Below are positions 1 through 17,000 of a DNA stretch of 64,000 nucleotides, piece by piece; position 1 is the stretch's first letter; every line of letters starts with the position of its first letter. A program made the translations under genes and the position numbers. Origin of the DNA: Eledone cirrhosa (lineage: Eukaryota); the NCBI GenBank assembly GCA_964016885.1, contig OZ024740.1, positions 214,520,001 to 214,584,000 on the forward strand, read 5' to 3'. The notes beneath the pieces were generated by a model. That model was not told where the DNA came from and searched no databases. It saw nothing but the letters and a program-made list of their open reading frames with translations.

Positions 1-2592
1 GCGCTCCCTCTCAGTCTTCGCTTGACCCAGGACTGCAGCTCCGTCAAGGAAACGAGCTGGGGAAATACGTGTCTAGCAAACGGCGACCACACCTGATCAC
101 CGTCGAGGAAGAGGTGGAGATGTCGTAGCCTGAGCGCGTGCCTGCGCATCATCAGCCACGGCATGCCCAGCCCTCCACGTAGCGGGTGTTGACAACAGAT
201 GGACCGCCTGACCATCGGAGCGCGTCCCTTCCACAAAAAGCGAAAGCGCAAACGCTCCAGCGCAGTCAGGCGAGGCTTAGGACAAGGCACCACGGTCAGG
301 CGGTAGCAGATGACAGACGCGATGTACGCGTTAGCCACCTCCGCTGTTGGACGGCATGGACCTGCCTCTCCAGGTGCCGAGCTGCAGGCCCACTGACTTT
401 TCCTGGTTGATCATTGCTCCTGTCACCGCTTCGTATTCTCTTAGTGTAGTGCCGATCGCCTCGATGTGTTTGGCGTTCGACACCACTACGGTGACATCGT
501 CCGCATATGCTGACACGGATCTTCCGCATCCTAGTTCGCGCGGGACGCCCCTCAACGTCTCCAGTTTGTGCAGTAATGGCTCGAAAGTCAATACGTACAA
601 GAGGGACGAGAGGGGACATCCTTGGCGGACCGAGAGCATGATGTTGAACGGTTCCGACAGGTGACCGTTCACTCTCACCACAGAGCAGATGTCGCTGTGC
701 ATGGCAGCGATCCAGCCTCTGAAGACGGGCCCAAAGCCAGCCGCCCTCAGGACTGCCGCTAGGTAACGATGGTCGACCCTATCGAAAGCTTTCGACTGAT
801 CTAAATTGATCAAGGACCCACCCGTGCCTGGTTCCCTAGCTACCCTCTCTACGATGTATCGCATGAGGTGGAGGTTGTTGTGGATGGATCTGTCGGGAAT
901 GGCGCACGTCTGCGCCTCTCTCACCAGACCACCAACGACAAGCGCAAACCTCTTTGCTAGCACCTTGGCCAAAATCTTTAACTCTGTGTTTAGCAGAGTT
1001 ATGGGCCTAAAATTATCTATGTTATCCCCCTTGTTCGGATCCTTTCTGAGCAGCGCCACAGCTATTCGGCTCACAGAGCTGGGAATTCTCCCGTTCTGTT
1101 GCCAGTTGCAGTAGACATCCGCCAAGAGGCCACCGAACAAGTCTGGCATCTGTACGTAAAGTTCATAGGGCAGACCATCCAAACCAGGCGATTTACCCCT
1201 TGTGCAGCTAGTCATTGCCTCCCGTACTTCAGCGGCTGTTATCGGCTTTTCGAAACACCCCGCCTCAGTGGCCGAGAGCCGCGGCAGACCGTCGAGGTAG
1301 ACACTAAAGTCCATCCTTCGATCCGGTCCGCCGCTGCCCCCGAACAACTGAGCGAAGTGTCGCTGAAAAGCTTCACACATTTGCCCGGGATCGAGTAACA
1401 TGCGCCCGTAGTGGTCCACCAAAGACCGGATCGTGGCTTTGTTGCCACGACGCGCCTCCGCCACTCGGGCCCATTGAACGGCTTTCGTCCCCTCGTGTCT
1501 GAGAGCACGCACCCTAGCTCTGACAACGCAGCCTTCCTGCTTTGCATTGAAGAATTGGTCAAGGGCCAATTTCGCCGCAAGTACGTCGGTAGCGATGCCT
1601 TTGCTAAGCGCCTCGTCTAATTTTCTATCTAATTCTCCCTCTGCTCTATTTTTCTCTATTGCTAAAGCCTTACTAAACCTAATGGAGTCTATTCTAATTG
1701 ATCTTTTCAGAGCAAACCACCACTTGTTGTTGACGATGGCCCCCGTCAACGCCCGCTTAACTAGTTCGCTAATCCGGTCTCTGTAGGCCTTGCGCGCTGG
1801 TAAGGACGCGTTTAGCTTCCAGTAGCCGGGTCCTCGTCTATGAAGCCTATCTAAGTCAAGCACACAGATCACGAATTTGTGGTCCGTGTAGCTGACTATC
1901 TTGAATTGTGGACAGCCTATGCTAGACCTATCTATTTCCCTACAAAATACTCTATCTAGATATGATCTGGATGACCCTATGCGATTTGTCCAAGTCCACA
2001 TTGGCACATTTGGGAAATCCAATCGGTACCTGTCAGACAGTTCAAAACGCCTGAGTAGGTTGGTGAGGTTCTTGCACTCTCCTCCCCTATCCGCTAATCC
2101 CACACAGTCCCAGCTTGCATCTAAGATCCCGTTCCAGTCGCCCACTAACACTAAAGAGCGGGACGTTCTAAGAAAGGTCTCCAGACGCCGGAAGAAATCA
2201 GGCCGCCTTGCTCCTGTCGGGGCATAGACGGCCACTAGCCTGAAAGCTTTCCCGTCTCCGCTGGTCACGTCCAGCACCACCAACTTACCTTCTGGGTCCA
2301 GGAAGATGGCCCGTATGGCGAGATCCAAACCTCTCCGAAAAAGCACAGCAACTCCTTCCCCCGATCCAGGACGGCTGGGAGATGCGTACACATCGTGGCC
2401 GCCGAAGATCGGTGCGAAGGCCCGTGCTTCGGAGATTCTGGTCTCGCTGAAGGCCACTACATCTATCTTTAGTGACCTGAGGTCGTTGAGCAGGTGGCCC
2501 TGCTTCCATGACGACCCCAAGCCACGCGCATTTATGCTGCCTATTCTTAGTGAGGTCATGTTGAATGGAGTGGAAAAGATGGGAAAGACCAC
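1..2592 (-). pseudogene. Tx1 ORF2 (APE endonuclease + reverse transcriptase), frameshifted near 340
   Basis: SINARG, VGDWN, SYLDR, TDH (APE); KSPGLDG, FRPITLLN, DQSKAFDRV, VRQGCPLS, YADD (RT); ATG at 2559. Confidence 0.92.
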
Positions 2593-4533
2593 TTACCTTA
2601 CTTCTCGTAGAGGAAGGATGGTTTCTCCATCCTTTTCACTGCTTGGAGACTCCTCCGGAAGGATGTCCTTATAAATCCTCCTGGAGAGTGCTTGTCGGAA
2701 GTCTCCGATGTCTTTGGGGAATTTTTGTTTTAGTGTCGTGTGCGTTTTCTGTGTGATGCGAGTGATTTGTATGTGTGGAGGTGGTGTGAACTTTTGGGTT
2801 GTTGTATAGTCCTTTTCTGTGATGCTGTTATTGTGTTGCATGTAGTGTAATAATTGGTTGTTGTTCAAATTTAATGCTGTGTAATGTGTATCGTTTTGGT
2901 TGTTTTGTTTTGTTTGCGTTTGTTGTGGGTTTGTTTCTGTTACGCTCTTTGGTGACTTTTGTGGTGTTGGTGATGGTGGTGTTGGGGTTAATGATGGCGA
3001 TGGTGTTGGTGTTTGTGGTGATGGGGTTGGTGATGCTGGTGTGGATGGTGGCATATCTGTCCTATCTTTTTTGTTTGATAGTTTATTTGTTTCCCTCTGT
3101 ATTTTGTTTTTTGGGGGGGAGGGAAGAGAATTTTTTCTTTTTTGGTTTCTTTTTTTCTTTTTTCCTGATACCGTTTCCCACTCCTCGTCGTCACAATCTG
3201 TCTCCAGCTGTGATAGGCCGGAGAGTGGAAAGTCCTCCACAGGCGTTGGTTTTGGTTGTGGCGTGGTGGATGGCGTAGGCGCTGGTGCTAGTTCTGGCGC
3301 GTCGGATGGTGGTGGTGTTGGTTTTGCTACTGTTGCTGGGGTTGTTGCTGTTACAGTTGCTTCTGTTGTTGCTGTTACAGTTGTTGCTGCTATTTCTGCT
3401 GCTGGTGGTGATGATGGTTGAGTCACTGGGGTGGGTAAGAGAGGTGGCCTCAACCTTTTAGCCTGAGGACAGAAAGCCCTTAGGTGGGTTCCTTCACCAT
3501 AAACGACACACCTAGGCCTTCTGCCTTCGACGATTACGGTGAGGTGGCTGCCGTCAGTGAGGTCTATTACCTCTGGGATCTCCTCAATGCTTTTTTGGTC
3601 CGCTTGGATCAGGAGCTCCATCCCAGATCCGAACCATTTCTCCTGCTTTTCTTTCGCTATTTCGATTATCTTGGTGTTGGGTTCGATGCCGGCGAGGACG
3701 GCAGCTATTAGCCAGGGCATTTCGATGGCCGGTGGAACGTGGGTCACGCTGATCTTCACGAGTCTCTGGCCACAATAGCTTGGGACGAGTGTGAAGTCGT
3801 CACTTCTTAATGGGGCCATGGAGTGTTCTCTGGCCTCCTGTGGTGTTTCAAAGAACACGTCCACGGTTCCATATTTCTGCCCACGTCTGAGGTATGTTTT
3901 TTGCCCACACATGTCCCAAAGCTTTTTGGATTTGGGACTTGGATGCCCGTTCCACTCGGCGCGATTTTATGCTAATCCTTTGATAAGATACGGTGAATAG
4001 GCGCCGATGCTCCATTTTATTAGTTGGGGGGTGAGGCTGACCCTGTACCCATCTTTCTTTACCATTATTTTGGCTTCTTCTAATTCCTCCTGAGTTACCT
4101 GGAATGCTTCGCACTGTTTTGCTACTCTGGCAAAACTCAGGGTGGTTTTCTTAATTTCATTGTTGCTGTTGGTGTTATCGTTATTTTTGTTATTGTTAAT
4201 TTTAGTTTCAGTTGTGGTGGTGGTGGCGTCAGTGGTGTTCGGTGTGGAAGAGTTCATTTTGGTTGAATTCATTTTGATATCACGAGTTAATTTATTTTTT
4301 TCTTTTGTTTCTGTTGTCGCTGTGTTGGTGGTGGGGGTGGCGGCTTTAACACCTGCAGTCATTGGTAATGGCGGGAAATGAATGTCTGCCTGAGACAAAT
4401 TTAAAATATTGCTACTGCTTATATTTTTAGTGTTGGCAAACGTAGTAATATTTACAATGGTGGTGTAGGTGTGAGGTGTTAGTTTGTGAGTTTGTGAGGA
4501 AGGTGTGACACTGAGTCGTCCATGATTTTTCAA
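2593..4533 (-). pseudogene. Tx1 ORF1 (gag-like nucleic-acid-binding protein), frameshift near 3960
   Basis: ORFs 3967-4533 and 2593-3912; degenerate knuckle CVVYGEGTHLRAFC; W..V..KKKKR basic motif; SFARVAK motif matches TFAQTVK of copy 2. Confidence 0.8.
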
Positions 4534-4736
4534 AGAAAAATCTTTGTTTGATAATTATAAAAGTTTAAATTCTGGGCTCAAGGCCCCAATATTTTTGAGT
4601 GTCCTTTTCAGAAATCAATGTATGTGCACTTATATACAGTTAATAATAAACATTTTCCATAAATGGCAATTTTAAACAACTGAAAATAACAAACCTTTGC
4701 GGAGCTCACGATGATACGATTTACTACGTAGGTGGC

Positions 4737-8475
<3,739 letters not shown>

Positions 8476-8477
8476 TA

Positions 8478-11400
8478 ATTTGTTTATGGGTGTTCGTATA
8501 CAGCGTGGTGATAATGCCACACAAGGGCCAAGTGGGATGGCGGATCCACAGATGGCTATGTAAACATACATTCGCCAATCCTCGATAAGAGTGTTTAAAT
8601 ATCGAACATAAACAGTTCGAATAACGGTGAAATGGAGACTAGAACGTCATGTGACAGACTCTCACCCAACAGGTGCCCCCTGGCTCAGCAGCAGGAACCT
8701 GACTGTCAACCAAATACTGCTGATGTTGGAGGAAGGAGAAGAAGGAAAGGGGCCAGAACCAACTGGACGAAAGAATTGAATAGAACTGTTATGCAATGCT
8801 ACCTGAAAAGTAACCCCAAGGAGAGGGGCTACAGGAGACGGATGCATAACATCTGGAACGAGATTGGTTTATTTAAATTAGATGAACAAAAATTGGCCAG
8901 GCAGGCTCGGGTAATAAGAACTAATGGGTGGATAAGCGAGCTGGAACTGGAGGAACTGAGCAGAGAGAATGGCTTGGAGATGGCGGGTGTAGTATGCCAG
9001 ACAAGCGAGCCGGTGGGAAATGAAGGTGAGGAGGTCCTGAGAACGGAGGAACCACCCGAAGCAGACAATGATCTGAGTACTGAGATAAATAATACCTGGA
9101 ACAGAGATACGGCCACTGAGGAGATGAATGCTGACGGGCTAGGACAAGATTCGGTTGACATCCTAAATTTAGTGGTAGATGAATTGAACAATGATAGTGG
9201 GAGACCTATGAACCTAAGATTTGTAGACAGGAAAAAGTTAAAAGAAACAACAGCTAAGGTAAACAAAGTCATCCCATACCTTGAGGCGAGGAGCCTTCAC
9301 CAGTGCAACAATATCCTCAGAGCAACAGCAAATACGGTGAGGAAACTACTTGGTATAAAAGCGAGAGGAAACAACAGACAAGAAAGAGCAGAGCCGTGGT
9401 GGAAGAAGCGACTGAGTGGGCAAATCGGGGTAATGAGAAATGACATAGGAAAGCTTGAGTCACTACTGAATGGGACACTAAAAAACATAGGCACTAAAAA
9501 TAGACTGGAAATAAAATACAAAACTAGGAGTAAAAAGCTAAATATTATCATAGAGGAATTGAAGCAACGCATTGTAGCAAAGAGTGCAAAAATCAGGCGA
9601 TACGAGAACAGAGTCAGTCAGTATAAACAGAACCGCATGTTCGACAACAACCAGAAGATGCTGTTTGGACAGCTTGAGGGCAAAGAAAGAGGCAGCGACT
9701 TGATCCCTGGGGCGGAGCAAACTAAAACATTCTGGAGAGGAATATGGGAGCAGGATGTTAGACACAATGCCCAGGCAGGGTGGATTGAGACAGTACAGAG
9801 GGAGATCGGTGAGCAGGCACAGCAACAGACTGATTTGAGTATCACAGTTGAAACTCTTAAGGGGCAAGCCAAAAAACTAACCAACTGGAAATCACCAGGC
9901 CCAGATGGTGTGCAGGGGTATTGGATTAAACATCTAACATCCCTCCACCCGAAGCTGACGGCCATGTTCAATGACTGCTTGGTGTCGGGTGAGGTGCCAG
10001 AGTGGTTGACAAAAGGTACCACAGTTCTGATAATGAAAGACCGAATCAAGGGTAATGATGCTACCAACTATAGACCTATCACATGTCTGCCCGTAATGTG
10101 GAAACTGTTGACGAGCATTGTGTCTGAGGAAATCTACCATCACCTCCACACAAACAACTTGTTACCGGACGAACAGAAAGGATGCCGAAAGAAGTCACGT
10201 GGTACAAAGGACCAGTTGCTTGTTGATAGGATGGTAATGGGGAATTGCAGGAGGATGATAACATCAGACAGTTGCTAGGCAGGAGTATGGGGTCCTGGGA
10301 GACAGAGTTGACATCAACTGGAGTATCCTTGGGAAGCGTGAAGATCAAGAGAGGTATCTTCCAGGGAGATAGCCTGTCCCCTCTGTTGTTTGTCCTTGCC
10401 CTGATGCCCTTGACCATTATGCTGCGAAAAGTGAGAGCAGGATACAAGTTGGGAAGGGGAGAGCTTACCATCAATCACCTCCTCTTCATGGACGATCTTA
10501 AGCTCTTCGGGAAAAGTGAGAAGGAGTTGGATGTGCTTGTTGACACTGTCCGTATTTTCAGCAGTGATATATGTATGCAGTTTGGCATTGGTAAATGTGG
10601 AGTCATTGTGATGAAGAGGGGTAGGTTGAGCAGAAGTAACGGGATCCAGATACCAACAGGTGAGATGATAAAGGAAATTGACTCTGAGGAAGGATACAAG
10701 TATTTGGGCGTTCTGGAGGCTGATGGCATAAAGAACAAAAAAATGAAGGAATTGTTAAGAACTGAATACATTCGGAGAGTAAGGAGCGTATTGAAGTCAC
10801 ATCTGAACAGCAGAAATGCCATAAGCGCAGTAAATTCCCGAGCTGTGTCTATTATTAGGTACAGTGCGGGAATTCTGAGATGGAATGTTGCCGAACAGAA
10901 AGAAATGGATAGGAAGACTAGGAAGCTATTGACTATCTACAACATGTTCCACAAGAGGAGTGATGTCGATAGACTCTACCTAAGGAGATCTGAGGGTGGA
11001 AGAGGTCTTATCAGCATAGAGGACTGTGTTCAGATGGAGAAAAACCACCTATACAAATACGTGACCTATAGTAAGGAGCCAATGCTCAGAACTGTACTGA
11101 AGGAGGGGACAGTAGGCCAGGGGATGTCCAGGGAGGAAATAACATCAAGGAGGAAGAGCAGCCTTAAGGGAAAACCACTTCATAGTACCTTCTTTGAGAA
11201 AACTGAATTTAGAGATCCACAGACATGGAACTGGTTGAGAAGAGGAGACCTCAAAAAGGCTACAGAAGGAATGCTAATGGCTGCGCTGGAGCAGGCCCTC
11301 AAAACGAAGTGGTTGAAGCACCATATCTACAAGGAGGAGGCTAGCCCACTGTGCAGGATCTGTGGAGAGAGAGAGGAGACTGTGGCTCACATTGTGTCCG

Positions 11401-11998
11401 AGTGTAAACACCTAGCCCAGACCCACTATAAGGGCTGGAGACACGATGTGATGGGCAGGGTGATCCACTGGCACCTGTGCAAAGTAAACAATCTACCACA
11501 TTCTGAGAAATGGTATGAGCATAGGCCAGAGGCGGTGATGGAGAACAATCAGGTGAAGGTGCTGTGGGATTTTAGGATACAGACGGACAAAAAACTGGAA
11601 CACAATAGACCTGACCTGGTGGTTGTGGACAAAGAAAAAAGATCGTGCCTGATTGTTGATGTGGCCTGCCCGTTCGACACGAGAGTGCAAGAGAAGGAGA
11701 GGGAGAAAATTAACCGATACCAGGACCTAAAGTGGGAGGTGAAAAGGATTTGGAACTGCCATGAAGTCAAAGTGATCCCGATTGTCATAGGCGCACTGGG
11801 GACTATCTCCAAAAGTTTCCAGGGATGGTTAAAGAAAATCGGCCCCTTCACGCTTTTTGGAACGCTTCAAAAGGCATGCTTGCTTGGAACAGGAAGAACC
11901 CTCCGATACGTCCTGAATATCTGAGGCTGCAGGTAGTGGCTTGATATTCAATCCAACGGACTTTCCAGTTAACCAACATCAATGACTGAGATTCAAGG
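8478..11998 (+). mobile_element. R4/Dong-clade LINE copy B, tandem to copy A, same family
   Basis: ORFs 8632-10278 and 10245-11924 colinear with copy A; about 100-nt deletion in RT; (TAA)n at 8429-8472 and 12000-12057. Confidence 0.93.
8632..11924 (+). pseudogene. RT-RLE polyprotein of R4/Dong copy B, one frameshifting deletion at about 10256
   Basis: FMDD; CCHC; PD..D..K endonuclease RPDLVVVD-DVACPFD-EKINRYQDL. Confidence 0.9.
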
Positions 11999-12010
11999 AA
12001 TAACAATAAC

Positions 12011-12057
<47 letters not shown>

Positions 12058-13019
12058 GGGAAGAAGACGCACGAGGTGGTAGAAGGTCATGAAATCGCTC
12101 CCGTAAGTTTTTGATTTTTAACATATTTAAATCAATTGTGAAATAACAATTCTTAGTACAAATGTTGCATAAACCACCGAATGAAGTCCCATAAAATTTC
12201 GGATCCATATTATATTGTTATATCGCTCAAATATTCAATTTTGTATTATATATTTTGTATTCAAAAAAAGAAAATGGTTATAAATGGAAGAAAACACCCC
12301 CTGTCTACACTATATAGAACAGTCAAATAACAGCAATTTCACCAACACCAGAAACTTGATACACCACCTATCCCATCACACTAAATATAACAGCCAGATA
12401 ACGGCAATTTCACCACCACCACTATCAATACCGGCATGATAATAATAATTACTATTATTATTGTCTCAAATTTTAACAAAATTTTTAATTCCAATTTTAC
12501 GGGAATATGTCAACACAATATATATTAAACATACGAACACAAACTCATAGATACTACATATCACAAAACCCAGTAACCACAACGCCACCGCCGCCACCAC
12601 CCCATCCATCATCTTGCTACCACTATCCCATCGCCGCCGCCACCACTCCTTCATTGCTACCACCACTATTCCCCTGTTAACTTGAGAAAGAAAGGGGAAG
12701 GTGGCGGTATCACTAGACAAGGGAGAGGCTAGCAAAAGATATAAATTGATTGACTTAGTGACCTGGCGACCGGCCAAACGTCAACATCAACAACTATGGG
12801 ACTGCTGGCTCACCCCTTCCTCACCAACAATATAAAAAGCCCCGGCACCACCACCGACATAGCCAACAACAATAACAGGCAACTACAGCAAAAAGTATAT
12901 TATATTATTGTAATGCACTGGGTGATTGCTGGCCTTGTGCCTGGAGTGGAGACAATTATTAATAATTTCATTCTTAAGCCATGCAATCCTCACATTAAGG
13001 AACCACTCATGATAATAAC

Positions 13020-16000
13020 AATTTAAAAAAAACAACAAAAAGAAAACCCCGTGACCAAGAAATACCGGGATGGCGGCCGGCGGGGAATAGCCGTGTCTCT
13101 AGGGGAGAACGACCCCTCTAGTCTTGGTTGACACTCGTTCTAGAAGTGGTAACACGAAATGATTACCCCTTGGCGGATAAGGATAAAACGCGACAAAATA
13201 AAGTAAATGTCTAATGATAAAATCTCATACCGGATCGGCCGTCACCCGGGTAAAAAAGGGCCGTGTCCCTCAGAGAGGAACCAGACTGGGGTCGAAAAAT
13301 CAGCTAATGGTTCAAACCTTCCCATCACTTCGGAGCTGGAGACCTCCCATAACCGGAATACTCCTACTGTTGGCCCTCCATGCTCACCACCAAGAAATCC
13401 AAAGAAAAAGAGAGAAAAATGGTCAAGGGAAGATAATAAAGAAGTCCTTGAGGCTTTCTACACTGCCATGTACTACCCATCAAATACATCGAATACAGAA
13501 CAGACATATATCAACTGGAAAAAGAAACATCCCGAAAACAGAGGCTATATTGACAGTAAAAAACTAGCCAATATACGAAGAAATATTGTAAGAAAAAAGT
13601 TACTAACTGATATAGAAATTTATCAGATCAAGCTATTAGCACAAAGTCAGCGAAGGGAAAATGAAACATGTGTCAGTGAAAACGAGGTAAACTGTAACAC
13701 TTCGAACCCCAGGGTTGGGGCGGAATCACTGGCAACAGAACAAATTAAAGAAAGGATCGAAAAAGTGGAGGGAGTGCATGCTCAGGATGAAACTCCAAAT
13801 GAAAATAATGAGATCGTAAATGATAAAGAAATGAATGAGAATGAACTTGCCAACTTGAAGGATGAAATTATGATCGAATGGATGAAAATGAAAGAATCTG
13901 ACATGGGGCAACGAGACACCCTCCCTAAGATCCAGAACTCCAAACAGAACCAAAAGATAATACACAAGACTAACACAATTCTCAAAAACATTATCATCAC
14001 AAACAAACTAAACATGACTGATTTAAATCATCTCTACTATGCATCGGCGAAAGTCACCACTCACTTATGTGGAGTTAAGATGAAAAAACAAAGGAATTCC
14101 CACAAGAAATCTACTTGGCAAGAGAACATCAATCGCCAAATAAACCTTCTCCGATCTGACATAGAAATTTTAACAAACTATAAAGTAGGTGAACATGTTA
14201 AACAAACTAAACTTAGTAAATTGAAGAGAAAGTACAGTATAAAATCAACAAGTGACATAGACATGCTGATAGAAATAATCAAGCAAAAAGTGTAGGCCAA
14301 AGCTGCTCGTATAAGGCGCTTTGAAAAACGATCTAGATTCTATAAGGACAATAATATGTTCAAAAACAACCAAAGAAACTTCTACAGAAAAATTGGTAAG
14401 TCAACAATAACTGCTAAATCAATACCACCCAAGGAGGAAGTGCAAGAATTCTGGGAAAAGATCTGGGCCGAAGAAAAAGTTCATAACATACATGCCCCAT
14501 GGATAGACAGACAAATGAAAGATACAGCTCACCTTGAGGAACAAATATGGGAAAATATAACAGTTGAACAGTTGCGCTTGGCTCTAAGAAAAACCGGCAA
14601 ATGAAAATCCCCAGGAAAAGACAAAATACAAAATTTTTGGATAAATGCCTTCACAGAGTCTCATGAGCTGTTAGCCCAACTTTACAATGAAATAATTAAG
14701 GAGCCAGAAAAGATACCATCATGGCTAGTTAACGGCATTACATTCCTGCTTCCGAAGAATGATGAGACAAACAATCCCAAAAATTACAGACCGATAACTT
14801 GCTTGACCACAATGTATAAAATTTTAACATCAGTCCTAACTGAATACACATATGACCACCTGATAACAAATGATCTATTTCCCATTGAGCAGAAAGGGTG
14901 TACACGAGGCTCATATGGCTGTAAGGATCACCTTTTGGTTAACAAAATGATACTGGAAGATTGTCATAATAGACACAAAAATCTATCGATTGCTTGGATA
15001 GATTATAAAAAAGCATTCGATAGTTTGCCACACAGTTGGATTGAAAAATGTTTAGAGATTTTCAAAATATCCCCCGTTGTCAGGAGGTTTTTGTCATTCA
15101 GTATGAAGACATGGAAAACGACACTCCTTTTGAATAGTGAAACAAAATCACTGGAAGCTGGAGAAGTTAATATTAATTGTGGAATTTTTCAGGGTGACTC
15201 TTTATCACCGCTTTTATTCTGCATCGCACTTATACCATTAAGTAAAATGCTCAATGAAACAAAACATGGATATAAAGTCTATGACAAAACCATTAATCAC
15301 TTGTTCTACATGGATGACCTGAAACTATTTGCAAAAAATGATGAACAATTGCAAGGGCTATTATCCACTGTGGAGCAGTTCAGTGATGACATTAAAATGG
15401 AGTTTGGACTAGATAAATGCGCCAAAGCAACGTTCACCAGAGGAAAGCTGCTGAAGAGTTCAGGCATTAATCTTGATCGGGGGAACGTGATAAGGGAACT
15501 TGATCAAGAAAAACTTACAAATATCTAGGTGTTTGTGAAGGAGACGGAATCAAGCACTCGACAATGAGGGAAAGGATAAGGAAGGAATGTTACCGCAGAG
15601 TAAGAGCAATCTTAAGAACGGAATTGAATGCAAGGAATAGGATCGATGCCATAAACACGCTTGCCATACCAATAGTAACCTACAGTTACAATGTCATCAA
15701 CTGGTCAAGCACAGAGATCCGTAGGCTCGATACAAAAATTCGAAAATTCTTAACCATGCACAGAATGCATCACCCTAAGGTAGATATAGATAGAATATAT
15801 CTCCCTAGGAAAGAAGGAGGGCGTGGGTTAATCCAGTTAGACATTGCGTTGAAAACTGAAACAATTGGATTATCTACATATCTAAGGGAATCACATGATC
15901 GGAAAATCAAACTCGTTTTGAAACACGAAAGCATCAAAAGATCATATTCCATTACAAAAGATGCACAAAGATACAGTAATGGACTACAAATTTCAGAAGT

Positions 16001-17000
16001 CCCATTTACTGCTGAAATGGAAAACACAGAAAAAGCAAAGCAGGTAAAAGTAACTGCAAAGAAAGAACTGCTACAGAAACTGGCTAAGAAATGGCAAGAA
16101 AAGCCTCTGTATGGAAAATATCCAGAGCGAGCTAACAATCCTGATGTTGACAAAACTTTAACCCATCAGTGGTTGGCATCCTCTGGACTGAAATCGGAGA
16201 CTGAAGGACTGATTATATCAGCACAAGATCAGTGTCTGCCAACAAAAAATTACCAAGCCAACATAATAAAAAATGGATGCAGCCCATTATGCCGTGTATG
16301 CAAAAAACAACCAGAGACCATTGACCATATAATTTCAATGTGCAATCCTATAGCTCCAACCGAATACCTAAACAGGCATGACAGAGCAGCACAATACATG
16401 CATTGGATAATGTGTAAGCATTTTGACCTGCCCCATCAAAAGAATTGGTGGGAGCATCAACCACCTCCCATACTTGAAAAAGATCACATCTCAATCTTGT
16501 GGAACTTTAGCATCCAAACAGACCGAAAAATAGATGCAAATAGACCTGATATAATATTGAAGGACTTTAAAAAGAGGGTATGCCTGCTAATTGATATGTC
16601 TGTTCCAATAGACAAGAATGTATCTATAAAAACATTTGAAAAATTGAGCAAGTATAAGGACCTGGAGATAGAAATTGGAAAAATGTGGAAATTGAGAACT
16701 AAAACAATACCAGTGGTTGTAGGCGCTCTGGGAATGATACCTAAGGGGTCTAATGATTACTTATCGCAAATCCCAGGAAACCCGCGTATAGGAGAAATAC
16801 AAAAGATAGTACTAATGGGAACTGCCCATATACTAAGGAAGATTCTGTCAATATAAGTACATTACATGTCTAAACACTAAAGATGCATGTGTGTGTATGT
16901 ATGTTCTTTCCTGAACATGGCGGACCTTGTTGTCTCTTGAGGTCACTGGTTGTGACTTGGTGATAACTCGTATGAACATAAAGCAAGATAAATGCAACTG
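13020..17000 (+). mobile_element. R4/Dong-clade LINE copy C, second family, near full-length
   Basis: ORF 13207-16856 with stops at 14293 and 14602 and a frameshift near 15515; YMDD, CRVC..H..C, RHD, RPDII; ends in (TAA)n 17001-17021. Confidence 0.92.
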
